Source: Macrostomum hystrix (taxonomy: Eukaryota > Animalia > Platyhelminthes). From it: 64,000 nt of DNA. The notes below the pieces were generated by a model, which was given only the letters and a program-made list of their open reading frames with translations, was not told the origin of the DNA and did not search any database. The stretch is from NCBI GenBank assembly GCA_950097015.1, contig CATNEN010000003.1, positions 7,316,001-7,380,000 of the forward strand. Reading direction: 5' to 3'. A program made the translations under genes and the position numbers. Positions 22,301 to 34,167 of the stretch are shown in pieces. Each line of letters opens with the position of its first letter. Within the stretch, counting starts at the first letter, position 1.

Positions 22301-25300
22301 TCACAAGACTGGCACCTACGTAGGGACGCTGCGATGTCATTCAAATTCAGCAAGATGTCAGGAGCACTCCTCTTACTCGCACCTGGCCTAGCCCCACCCC
22401 ACTAGTCGGCGTCAGGACACACGGACTGTCCTCCCTACCCAAAAAAGCAAGAAAAAGACACATTTTGTCACGAATCGATTACAAGAGGTAATATCTTTAC
22501 GGCGTTTGCAGCAGGGCCCACTTGCCAGAGAGCGAGAAAGCGCGGAAGGAGCAAACCCCCAACAGGACCCTGTATTTTATAGTTCTACAGCTCAGCTGGA
22601 GCAAGGGAGGCGCCTAAAACCTCACCCACGGCCCCCGACCCACCACGCCAACCCAGCTACCAACTGGCCAATCACGGAGCAGCTGCGAGAAGGCAGCCAG
22701 ACCATGCGGCCTTGGCAGGCCAGTAGCCAATCAGCGCGCGGTAAACTGCACGAGAGGTAGACACCCTATTTGGCCAATAACAAAATTACTACGCTTAGAG
22801 GCTGGTGTAAACATAATGATGACACGATGGGACATAAGGAGCTTGCATTCAACAGGGCTGAGGCATGACGTATGGGAGACGTATAAGTGCATTAATATAA
22901 CAATAAAAAACATTAAATGCACTCACCGGACCATTAGCACCAACGGATGATTCTTCTTCAACGAGCCCTTAACCGATCGGAACTTCAGGTCCTTACGCAG
23001 ATGGCCATCAGTGTCGTAGATGTCTACATTTTGGCCTAGGACGTCGGCCATTGTTGAGGCGCTGTCTGAGCCGCCACCGAATCCACCGCCACTGCCCACA
23101 CTGCCTTGACCGCTGCTGGCACCGTTGGGGCTGCCTTCAATCTGATCAAAAGCGGACGTGGTGTCTTTGTTCCTAGTCGGCGCCCAGCTGCTGTACATGT
23201 CGTCCAGGAACTCGTAGTAGAAGACCACCTTGTAGTTCGGATCATCCGGTGGCCGGCGCTGTTTGTTGTTCTCCACGCACCTGTTGAAAACCTTCTCCGC
23301 CACCGTCGGCATCTTGCGGATTAGCTTCCTCAGAGGAGTGTCCTTCTCGCCCTTCTCACCGATGGTCTCATTGCGCAGGGCCTCCTTCCACTGACTGGAG
23401 TTGATCAGCGTCAAGACGATCTTCTTGTGTCCATGATCGATGGCGGCGTCCAGACAGTTGCAATTGTGCAGCGGGCTGTTGACGTTCGAGTACTTGATCC
23501 GATTGTCAACCTGCAGAGTTTTCGACATGCCAATTTAAACATTAGAGACGTAGCTGTTGTGCTATTTTCACCCTCATACCCTGGCGGCTTTTAAAGTAGA
23601 ATTCAAAACGGAGGTAGCTTTTTGTCCTCCTAAGTAGATTAGATTGCCATCAGCGTACATAGTATCCTCCACATAAAAAGCTGTCAATTTGACCTCCCGC
23701 AGTGAAAACGAATTCCTAGAAGCGAATCAACAAAGCACAGCTCACACGGGCCCCAATCTTCAGCAGCAGCTCAACCATCTCGAGGTGACCGCCCTGGCAG
23801 GCCAGGAAGAGAGGCGTCACGTTGGACTTGTCGGCCGGGTCAATCGGCGAGTCATTCTCCAGGAGCACCTGGGCCACCTTGGTGAAGCCCTTGGAGGCGG
23901 CGCAGTCCATGGCTGTCCAGCCTCGCGAGTTTCTCGCCTCAACATCGGCTTTGCCCTCCTCAATTAGGACCTGGCAGATCTTGGCGTGGCCGGCCAGGGC
24001 GGCCAGGTGCAGCGGCGTGTTCGAGTCTTCGTCCTCGTCGTGCGCCAGATTCCGGCTGAGGCGCAGCAGGTGCCTCACAATGGGCACGTGGCCAGCCTTA
24101 GCGGCCAGGTGAATGGGCGTCTCTTCGTCTTCGTTCTTGTCGTCGTACTTGGCCTTGTAGCGCAGAAGGAGCTCCACAACATCAAGGAACCCTGCAATTG
24201 CATCAAATTTTATGTTTTTTCTAAACTCGGTAATTTGTTCAATTTGGGATGCAGTCCCTTAAAGAAGGCTTCGGGGCTCGGTCGGACAGTTACGCCGATG
24301 AAGAACAATGCGCAAGTGCAGCAAAGATTTTTTCATAGATTGTTCAAAGCACACCTTTCTCGCACGCCACATGCAGCGGTGTATTGTTATTGACATCCGC
24401 TTCGTCAATGACGCTGTTCTCAGCGACTACCGGATTGTCCAGCAGGGCTTTGAGCACCTTGGTGTTGTGCCACTGGGCAGCCAGGTAGAGCGCCGAGCGG
24501 TCCTGACTGTCGGTACACAGCGGGTTGGCTCCTTTCTCCAACAGGATCTGGACGCAGCCAGGGTCGTCCTGCTGACAGCTGGCCAAGTGAAGCGGAGTGT
24601 TCTCCTCCCTGTCAGTGACGTCAATCACGGAGCTGTCTATATCCAGGAGGTACTTGAGCAGGCCTGTCTGATTGAAGTTTGCCGCTTTGTGCAGCGCCGT
24701 CTGTCGGTCAGCGTCCAGAGCGTCAAGGCTGGCGCCGTATCGAATAAGCAGCTCCACCATGGCTGTGCTGCCAGTGCGGGCGGCGAGGTGCAACGGCGTC
24801 TCCTGCCCGGTGTTGCACGCATTCACGAAGGCGCCTGAAGGATTTTTCAGTGGGCTTGGTTTTGGATTTTATTTTCTATGGGATACACGAGTTATCACAC
24901 AATTCTAACCCTTCTTGAGCAGAACTTCGGCTACATTGATGCACTCGTTCTTCACCGCGCTATGAAGGCAGGTGTTGTTTTCCATGTCCTTCCGGTTGAT
25001 GTAACGCTTCAGAAAGCCTTCGCCCTCTAATTCTGCCGAGTGAAGCAGGTAGCTGCAGATTTCTTCGTTGCCCTCTGCGCTGGCCAGGTGAAGCGCGGTG
25101 CAGCCGCTGTTCTCAACCATGTCCAGGTAGTCCTTGTCGTTGGTCTCCATCTCTAGCAGCATCTTGACTACTAGAACTTCGCTGTGCGCGCAGGCCAAGT
25201 GTAGAGCTGTCATGTCTTCATTGTCCGTGATCTGTTTCGGCAAATACGCCATGAATTTTAATAATTTTCCTAGAACGGCTCTCGGAGAAAACACGGGACT

Positions 25301-28300
25301 GAGTGGTCTAGCGCTCATGCTCTCACACCAATGTCCCTAAGCTCGAATCCACGGTGACGACACATTTTTGGGGGGCGCAGTCTTGGAGAGAAGGTTCATA
25401 AAAATAGTATTTGCGGGAGAGCTGTGGGCAGATGGCAAATCATTGGTGACAGTGGACACGCAGCCAGTGAAAAACGTAAGCCAATTCCGATGGAGCACCC
25501 ACTCACACAGGTGTGTACATCTGCCCTTAATTTTTTAATCGTCAGGCAGAGCTCAAGTACCTTGGTGCGAGAGGCAAGTGGTTTAAGGCAGCTTTTAAGA
25601 AATGAGCTCTTCGAATCTCCAACACCCCTACTCACACGCCAGATTGGTACTCGAGTGTTGTAGGCGCACTCTCCTTTATCAGAGCTGGTCGCTCGTCCCT
25701 TCTGCCGCAGTGTTTCGTAGTGCAGCAGGCACCTGGTTGCCACCAGGTTGCCTTTCATGGCCGCATAGTGCAGCGGAGTGCAGCCGTAGAAGTCCTTGCG
25801 CGTGAAATCAGCTCCGTACCTTAGCAGCAGGTAGACAGCATCTGTCTCGTCCTTGCAATTTAGGTGCAAATATAAACAAATTAGGGTTTTTAATTTCTTT
25901 TGGAGGTGTCCATCATTATACCAATTCACAAAAGATATGAGATAACGTATAAGAAGTAAGAAATATCATTAATAAAAGATGACAATTAATGTGCTCAAGT
26001 AATGTACTCGCAATTTAAAATTATCATTATTATGCAATTCTGTCATGTAGTTATGCTGTTAATTCATTTTTTCTCATTGCTCTAAGACAATAAACCTCTA
26101 AGATTATAGAGTATTAAAGAGGCTTATAATATGCATTGAAGCTTCTGTGCAAAACTCGTGTTTATTCTTCTTTTAGCTTGTACTACTTAAAAGCTCATCA
26201 GTAGCATTTAACGAACTTCAAAATTATTTAAGCATTGTTAAATTGGTCAATAATTTGTGCTGCACTGTGCAAAGAACAAACTTACGAATTTATCATCCGA
26301 CGAATGAATTAAACTATTCAAAGACTGCATTGGGAGCGAAATTGAGTTTGGGTTGTTACTTGATTTACCGTAAAACAAGTCGTCCATTCTTTAAGATCTC
26401 ACTCTGACTCTCCTACAATCTCACTCTGACTCTCCTACAATCTCACTCTGATTCTCCTACAATCTCACTCTGACTCTCTAACAATCTCACTCTGACTCTC
26501 TAACAATCTCACTCTGACTCTCTAACAATCTCACTCTGACTCTCCTACAATCTCACTCTGACTCTCCTACAATCTCACTCTGATTCTCCTACAATCTCAC
26601 TCTGACTCTCCTACAATCTCACTCTGACTCTCTAACAATCTCACTCTGACTCTCTAACAATCTCACTCTGACTCTCCTACAATCTCACTCTGACTCTCCT
26701 ACAATCTCACTCTGATTCTCCTACAATCTCACTCTGACTCTCCTACAATCTCACTCTGACTCTCTAACAATCTCACTCTGACTCTCTAACAATCTCACTC
26801 TGACTCTCTAACAATCTCACTCTGACTCTCTAACAATCTCACTCTGACTCTCTAACAATCTCACTCTGACTCTCTAACAATCTCACTCTGACTCTCTAAC
26901 AATCTCACTCTGACTCTCCTACAATCTCACTCTGACTCTCCTACAATCTCACTCTGACTCTCCTACAATCTCACTCTGACTCTCCTACAATCTCACTCTG
27001 ACTCTCCTACAATCTCACTGTGACTCTCTAACAATCTCACTCTGACTCTCTAACAATCTCACTCTGACTCTCTAACAATCTCACTCTGACTCTCTAACAA
27101 TCTCACTCTGACTCTCTAACAATCTCACCTTGACTCTCTAACAATCTCACTCTGACTCTCTAACAATCTCACTCTGACTCTCTAACAATCTCACTCTGAC
27201 TCTCCTACAATCTCACTCTGATTCTCCTACAATCTCACTCTGACTCTCCTACAATCTCACTCTGATTCTCCTACAATCTCACTCTGACTCTCTAACAATC
27301 TCACTCTGACTCTCTAACAATCTCACTCTGACTCTCTAACAATCTCACTCTGACTCTCCTACAATCTCACTCTGACTCTCCTACAATCTCACTCTGACTC
27401 TCCTACAATCTCACTCTGACTCTCCTACAATCTCACTCTGACTCTCCTACAATCTCACTCTGACTCTCCTACAATCTCACTCTGACTCTCTAACAATCTC
27501 ACTCTGACTCTCCTACAATCTCACTCTGACTCTCTAACAATCTCACTCTGACTCTCTAACAATCTCACTCTGACTCTCCTACAATCTCACTCCTATTCTC
27601 CTACAATCTCACTCTGACTCTCCTACAATCTCACTCTGATTCTCCTACAATCTCACTCTGACTCTCTAACAATCTCACTCTGACTCTCTAACAATCTCAC
27701 TCTGACTCTCTAACAATCTCACTCTGACTCTCCTACAATCTCACTCTGACTCTCCTACAATCTCACTCTGACTCTCCTACAATCTCACTCTGACTCTCCT
27801 ACAATCTCACTCTGACTCTCCTACAATCTCACTCTGACTCTCCTACAATCTCACTCTGACTCTCCTACAATCTCACTCTGACTCTCTAACAATCTCACTC
27901 TGACTGTTCTTGAGTCACACTTCTAATAATCTATTAGATCATGTTTGAACTCGTGCAAACATGTAGTTATTTTGTTGCATTTCAGCGAGTTTAAATAATT
28001 AGACTCGTGAAAAAAGTACAATTCAAATTATCTCAGGAAACTCACCTGAGGCTTCAGGGCCAACTCTTCAGATTCTCCTTGGTTTTTCTGAAATATTTTT
28101 AATTGACAAAATTATGAAAGATTTCCACTCACAAGTTTTTACTGTAACGACACTTAAAAATCTTTATTTTACAGAAGCAAAACGTGAAAAACAATACGAG
28201 CGTACAGTTGGCAGAATATGGTTCTGTTTATACTAGAACAGGTAAAATGCAAAAGGAAATTTTGCCTCTATGCTGAGAGCTATGATATGACATAAAGAAA

Positions 28301-31300
28301 GATATATAACATAGCCAAACTCGATTTAAATAATTAGATCATCGCTTCAACTCCCGCTTCGATTCTAGCTGCGATTCTAGCTGCGATTCCTACTTCTATT
28401 CTAGCTAATATTCTTGCTACGATTCCTTTACTACTCGCGCTGCGATTCTAGCGGTGATTCTAGCTACAATTCCGAGTGATATTCTTGCTAAGATTCTAGC
28501 GGCGATTCCTACTGCTATTCTAGCTAAGATTCTTGCTGCGATTCCTGCTGCTATTCTAGCTAAGATTCTAGCGGCGATTCCTACTGCTATTCTAGCTAAG
28601 ATTCTTGCTGCGATTCCTACTGCTATTCTAGCTAAGATTCTTGCTGCGATTCCTACTGCTATTCTAGCTAAGATTCTTGCTGCGATTCCTACTGCTATTC
28701 TAGCTAAGATTCTTGCTGCGATTCCTACTGCTATTCTAGCTAAGATTCTTGCTGCGATTCCTACTGCTATTCTAGCTAAGATTCTTGCTGCGATTCCTAC
28801 TGCTATTCTAGCTAAGATTCTAGCTGCGATTCCTTTCCTTGCGATTACTACGATTTTAGCTAATCGATGCTAGATAACTTGATACTAAATGGTAAGGTAG
28901 CAAAAGGCAAGGTAACAGAAGTGGGATATTTTTACTGTTTAGATGACATGTACATACATCAATATGGCCATGACATGCCGCAGGCATTACAAATTTTAGA
29001 AAAATCAATTGCGAGTGCTTCCAAATAAAAGTTTACTTAAAAGCACCTCAATCTAGTAGCCTATTAGCTAGCAACAGGTAGAAGACTTTGATTGTTTCAC
29101 AGAAAAGCAGTTTTTGTTTGCTATAAAGCTACTGATAGTAGTGTTACTATAGATCACATGAACACGCAGGGCAACAACGAGAATGCGGTCAAAATTAAAT
29201 TAAGAACTTTTTTCTTATTTCGTACATTCGACGCCACTTTGGTGCCAGTTGATACATCAGCTTGCCTTGAGCGCTGTACATGAGGTTTAGGCCAGGTAAT
29301 TTGAGAACAATTAGTTACATGAAGCTAATCTGCGTTCTTATTGTCAAGTAAGTAAAGTTTCACAGAAAGGCAGCTGTGCTTTGCAAAAGAGCAAACCTCT
29401 TGGGTGGCCTATGCTAGATCACTTAACGCGTTTACCTCCCGCATCAATGTCCCTGTGCTCGATTCCACGACGATAGGCCGGCCATGTGTGGCTGTGTGCC
29501 TATGTAGTGCATGCGTGCGTGTGAGCCCAGGAGTCAGGAGTCAGCAATTTATTACAAGGGGAAAAACTTTGAGCAAAGCACACACAAAGCGCAAGGACAC
29601 AAGGTTTGTGATCTACAGTGTTAAATTTTGAAATAGTAATTTTGCAATTAAGAAAGGCAACTACTCGTAGTATAGAGTCTAAAATGGAAAGATCTTTTTT
29701 TTCTTGAGCGACAAATACCTTGAAGTTGAAAAGCATAGACACCTGTTAGAAAAAGCACACGATACCAGAAAACATTTGCGTAGTGTTCACCAGAACACAA
29801 TAAGAAAACGGCAAAGTCTAAGCAAATCTAGTAAAGTGAAAACGATTTTTTGAGCTGTTAAATGTAGAAACAGGTTAGGGCTGAAAATCAAGGCTGAAAC
29901 TGATTCTCACAGCAGAGCGCGACCTGCGCATGGACACTTGGTGAATCGGTGGCAAGCTAGTGCTGCCACGACTTGTCGCTGCCGCTGTTGTCCCCGACGG
30001 TGAGGTCACGGTGTCGGAGCTTTCCGAGTGCTTCAGCTTCTAATATTTGTGTTGTTTTCATTTTTGGGAAAATTATTTGTGTCAACCAGTTTGACTTTGT
30101 TTGTTATTTGACAATTCTTTAGATCTTAGGCCTCGAATCCTTTGAGAAAGACAGTAGAAAGACAACGGGGTATTTCCATGGATGAATGAATAGAATGGAT
30201 TGCTATTCTGGCTCTGCTGCGAACCGAGGCAGATTCAATCACGTTATCAATTCGGCAGGTTTGAAAGAAGGTCAGTGGGACTTCAGTTTGTGCTCAGACA
30301 GGTAAAAAAACTCTAGATACTCTACTTAGCACGGATTTATCTTTCCGCTTGCACATCAGCATCAGTTGCTAACAGAAATGTTATTAGTGAGTCTGAGACA
30401 GCTTTGGCTTCTCTCACCATAGATAGTTGCCATGGCAACTAGGTGGATGCAGAGAGCGGAAAGAGAGAGAAAGGGGTTAGGGTGGGACAACAGTGCGATG
30501 GGAAGTGTTTTATTAATAGGTAAGAGAAAACAGCCCTCTGTTTTGCTCTCACAGCCGCCCCAAACACTCAGGTGCAAAATATAATTAATACGCTTGGCTT
30601 ATGCCACGCCCAACGAAAAATCATTGAGTTCAGCAATCATAAAATTCGATACGTCTAATGCTATCACCATTTGGCTAGGAGACTCAAAAAACAACATTTA
30701 ATCTCCAGACTAGAATTAATGCTGCAATATTTCAATAGAGAAACTAACACGAAAAATTGCATGCTATATTATAGAATGACACCGAGCTGACAAACTAATC
30801 AGACGAGATGATGTGATGATGATAATATAATATTCGAATTGAACTCTCATCCGATTTAAGAACTCGACTCACAGTGATTGCGGCCTTTGATCGAGTTCTT
30901 CTATACTTTGCCGCCAGATGCAGCGGCGTCATCTGGTCCGGTCCTTCGACATTGAAATCGGCGCCGCGTTTGATCAGCAGCTCGCAAACCTCGGTGTGAT
31001 TGTTCCTGGCGGCGTAGTGCAGCATGCTGTAGCCCTCGGGGTCGCGCTTATCAACCGGGATGTTCTTTCTAACCTTCATGACGCCGGTAGGGCCAGTTGG
31101 CACGGAGGGTCCCATCAATTCGTCCAAGTCCTTCCTACGACCTTCCTTTGCGGCCTATAGATTTTAACGAGAGACTCAATTTGGACTTAAGATTAATAAG
31201 TTTTTACTAATAGGCTAAAAAAAACTCACCTCAATCATCTCTTGAAATGTGACGACCTGGTTAAGCCTCGACTTGCCACTGGGCACTGTTATAGCTCCAG

Positions 31301-31598
31301 CGTCGTCGGTGCCACCGCCGGCACCGCCATCGCCTGAGGAGTGAAGAAACCTGACCATGGGCACAGGCAGGTTCTCAGCGATGACAATCGGCTGCTGCGG
31401 TGCCTTCTGTGCCTGTTTCGTAGTCTCCGAGTCTCGGGATCTGTAGTGCTCAGGGGAGCCATAGTTTGGTGCCTCTGGTATAGTCCGAACTGACCGTGGC
31501 TGAACAGCTGCCACCAGCTCGTCGTCGTTGTCTGGTACCAGCGCCTCGTTGATGGCAGCCATCGCTGGTGACACTCGGTTGTTGTAGCCCGAGCTCAT
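19362..31598 (-). CDS. TRPA-family cation channel (ankyrin repeats plus 6TM). Core exons 31598-31230, 31154-30873, 25851-25636, 25231-24910, 24834-24355, 24191-23746, 23510-22927, 22160-21839, 21468-21337, 21249-20776, 20090-19791, 19466-19362; candidate small exons 30438-30418, 30039-29911, 29742-29719, 28087-28046, 27922-27899
   Basis: Many TPLHLAA-type ankyrin repeats; NHPLVLMV..LLKHPLVSALLRHKW pre-S1; FGIYVVMF, MMIGEFEY pore, MNLLVGLAVDDI..LNRMAMQVEL TRPA signature; all core junctions GT/AG with matching phases. Confidence 0.93.
19507..19740. mobile_element. Degenerate MITE-like element in last TRPA intron
   Basis: Inverted repeats CGTACAAAA/TTTTGTACG and GCAAATGGGAACTTTT/AAAAGTTCCCATTTGC. 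Confidence 0.55.
20150..20786 (-). repeat. 21-bp minisatellite made of the TRPA exon/intron junction (GGCTATGCAG|GTGAGATTGGT), about 30 copies
   Basis: First unit is the real donor at 20776/20775; the array fills most of intron 20091-20775. Confidence 0.95.
21530..21815 (+). mobile_element. SINE family B (5'-truncated) in TRPA intron
   Basis: AGTCAGGGCAGATGTACAC, TCTAGTGTCACCAAATGA, CCCGCAGCCC and (ATT)n tail. Confidence 0.8.
25330..25590. mobile_element. SINE-B fragments in both orientations in TRPA intron
   Basis: GCTCGAATCCACGG..GGGGCGCAG (+) and ACTCACACAGGTGTGTACATCTGCC..CCTTGGTGCGAGAG (-). Confidence 0.65.
26395..27905 (-). repeat. 22-bp minisatellite (sense: AGAGTCAGA GTGAGATTGTAGG / ..GTTAG), about 68 copies, in TRPA intron
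   Basis: Regular array with two alternating variants; begins at the donor of a candidate 24-nt exon. Confidence 0.95.
28360..28862. repeat. 36-bp minisatellite built from three 12-bp subunits (ATTCTAGCTAAG ATTCTTGCTGCG ATTCCTACTGCT)
   Basis: Tandem units; ORF 28454-28873 is a 12-aa repeat. Confidence 0.92.
30426..30439. promoter_or_regulatory. RFX X-box, perfect palindrome GTTGCCATGGCAAC, in TRPA intron 2
   Basis: Exact match to the canonical RFX consensus; function untested. Confidence 0.6.
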
Positions 31599-32157
31599 TC
31601 ACACAACGATCTCAAACTCACTCTTTCCTCCTCTCGCCTTTAGCTCCTTATTGTTTTTTCAAACTCTGATTTTGGTTAACTACGATTAAATATATTTTAT
31701 ACGGAATATTTTACCCTGATTCGAACTCTCGACCGATTTTCTAGCTTTGATGCACTGAGTAGATCGCTTATAAGTGTAGCTTCTTAAGTTGACCTAGATA
31801 ATAATTAATTTATTGACTCCGCCACTCTCTGGGACGTGAGTGTCTAAATCGGGTAATGATTTAGTTGGAAGCAGTTTGGGTATTTTGATTTCAGGATTTC
31901 AACCCCACTTGTATTTTAACCTACTTCCCCAGCAAACGGTTGGACTGACAATTGATGGAGAAGACAGTGTGAGATGAAGTACAGCCGCTTTGGGATAGGA
32001 CTATGCTGTACAGGGATTGAAAATTCTCTAGTCTAGCTTGAGTCTAGTTGAGAAGGATGCACAGTTAGTGAGAGAGTGAAATGCCGCTCCCATATTTCCC
32101 ACTGCTATAGAGGTGGATAGAAAAAGTACCTGCCTTTGAGCGAGAGGTTGCCGTTTA

Positions 32158-32171
32158 GTTGTCATGGAGAC
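32158..32171 (-). promoter_or_regulatory. RFX X-box GTCTCCATGACAAC about 560 bp upstream of the TRPA ATG
   Basis: Fits the GTHNYYATRRNAAC consensus; function untested. Confidence 0.55.
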
Positions 32172-33099
32172 AGAAATAAAAGAGGGAAAAGGAGAGAGCT
32201 GAGGCAACGCGGGGCGATGGTAAAGAAACCCTGAAAGGATCAGAGATGGGGAATATTAACTGGAGGGCGTGGAGAAGAAAGTACATGCGTAGATAACGCT
32301 ATGCCTAATATTGTATGTTTTTAGATACCTATCAAGTTTTTCATCGAGTCAATTTCGAAAATTTGTTCGTCTATTGCTATGTGTTATTGCTCGCTTTTTC
32401 ATCCGTATTTTATCATTTTAGTCTTTTGGTTGACTGAATGTCTATGGGTGAAATGCATTCCAAGAAGCACTTTTAATATTTTCCAACTATCCTGTGAGAA
32501 TATCTATCGAAGGAGCGCTATCAAAGCCGTACTTTTATTGCTTTCACCACTTGAAGAGCATATCTATGGGAAAACTGTCTCATGAAGCGACGTTAATATT
32601 TTTTACTATTACATAAAAACAATTTGTGACTTAGCTACTAAAAGTAGCTTGTAGGAAGCGCAAATTAATCTAATGCAATTATTTTTACTTTTTTTCCGAA
32701 ATTTTCCTTAACTCGATATCTATTAGAGCACTATGCACAATATGCATCCTAGATTTACTCGTAGTTTGACCTGATTTAAAAATTTAAACGTTGGATTTTT
32801 ATAACTTTTTATACACACACGTATGTTTGAATATGCTTGATATATTAGACTTTTTTTACCAATTTTATTAGAACGAACTGTTTGAGGTAAACATCACGCG
32901 ATTAGACTAAAACTTAATTTCTACGTCTGTTTTATTGGCAAAGCATCAATCTAATTAAAATATTACTGCCACACTTGTCAATCGTATTTTTGCTCAAGTA
33001 TACATTGTGCTGAAGTTGATTCGGTAACTAGCAAACAATGTCTATTTGAATTAAATAGTATTTCAATAGCAATCCAATCTGTTCGTTGAAGTGTCTCGT

Positions 33100-33299
33100 T
33101 GACAATTTGGCACCGGGATGCCACACCCATGCCACACTCAATAACTCCATGCTGGTACCCGTTTAACAGCTGGGTGAACTGAAGCAATGAAGAGTTAAGT
33201 GTTTTGCTAAAGGACACAAACTGTTCCAGTAGAGTTGGGAATCGAACCCCTGACCTTCAAGTCGTCTGTCCGACGCTCTTACCACTAGGCTACAACCTC
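33100..33299 (-). mobile_element. SINE family A, 5' part
   Basis: Reverse complement of GAGGTTGTAGCCTAGTGG...GGTTCGATTCCC...GTGTCCTTTAGCAAAACACTTAAC. Confidence 0.85.
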
Positions 33300-34167
33300 C
33301 AGTTAATAAATTACTGTTCATGGAGTTCTCAATAAACTACTAGACTCTATTAAAACCTAACTATATCCGGGTAGGTTAATATACGAGCGTAGTTCCATTT
33401 TTTGTGTACCTGCACCTTTACAGGGCAAATGAGTTGATCTAAAACCTATCTAAAGTCTAAAGGCTATTAGAATTATATTTTATTGTCAACGAAATTTATT
33501 CTCTCCTCGATTCGTAGATGCCGACTGTTTATAATTAAAGAGAAAACAATATATATAAACGGCGCATATTCTCGATACATATTGCAACCAAAAGACTGGA
33601 ATTTACCAATGGCTTTTACGTTTGAAAATGAAGATTCGATTATGTATTTATATTACGCATTTTACGCAAGATCAACGCAGCACCAGCTCTCCACTTAAGA
33701 TTGTGATAAAATGTTAATAGACTATAAAATATTCAGGCGTTATGCGATAGGATAAAATTAAATTAACGCGAGAGTAATTAAACATTGCTACGAGCGTACA
33801 TGCAATCAAGCAAATGAAATTTTCTCATTTTCACAAACATTTTTTGTTTTTGTTTTTTGTTTTTGGAACTGTGGAATGTTTTACGAAATTGACATGGTTT
33901 GAACAGTGATTCTCCACCCAGCGAATAGCTGACGGGGCAATAACCAAAATTAAAACGAGAAGGGAACTGTATCACATCTAAAAACAGCGTTCTTGCGAAT
34001 ATAGAAAATAAACAATTGTTATAATCGATAGGGCATTTATGTCAGATTAATTTCACAAGATCTCAATGGGACATAGAATATTTATCGGTGAAAAACCTCA
34101 AGTCCTAAAAACTACTTCATAATATTTTTCTTGCTATGAAAACCTTTGATAAAGTTGATTTGTCTAT

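Noticed and set aside
22186-22830. Possible solo LTR in TRPA intron (GC-rich, TGTCACG start at 22466, CCAAT motifs)
   Set aside because: No matching CA end with a TSD could be found; probably a repeat fragment but not classifiable by eye.
28454-28873. 139-aa amphipathic repeat ORF (ILAKILAAIPTA)n
   Set aside because: Translation of a 36-bp minisatellite antisense within a TRPA intron; no start or expression evidence.
29420-29530. Additional TRPA small exon
   Set aside because: Sequence is a decayed SINE-B head and its boundaries are not phase-0 symmetric.
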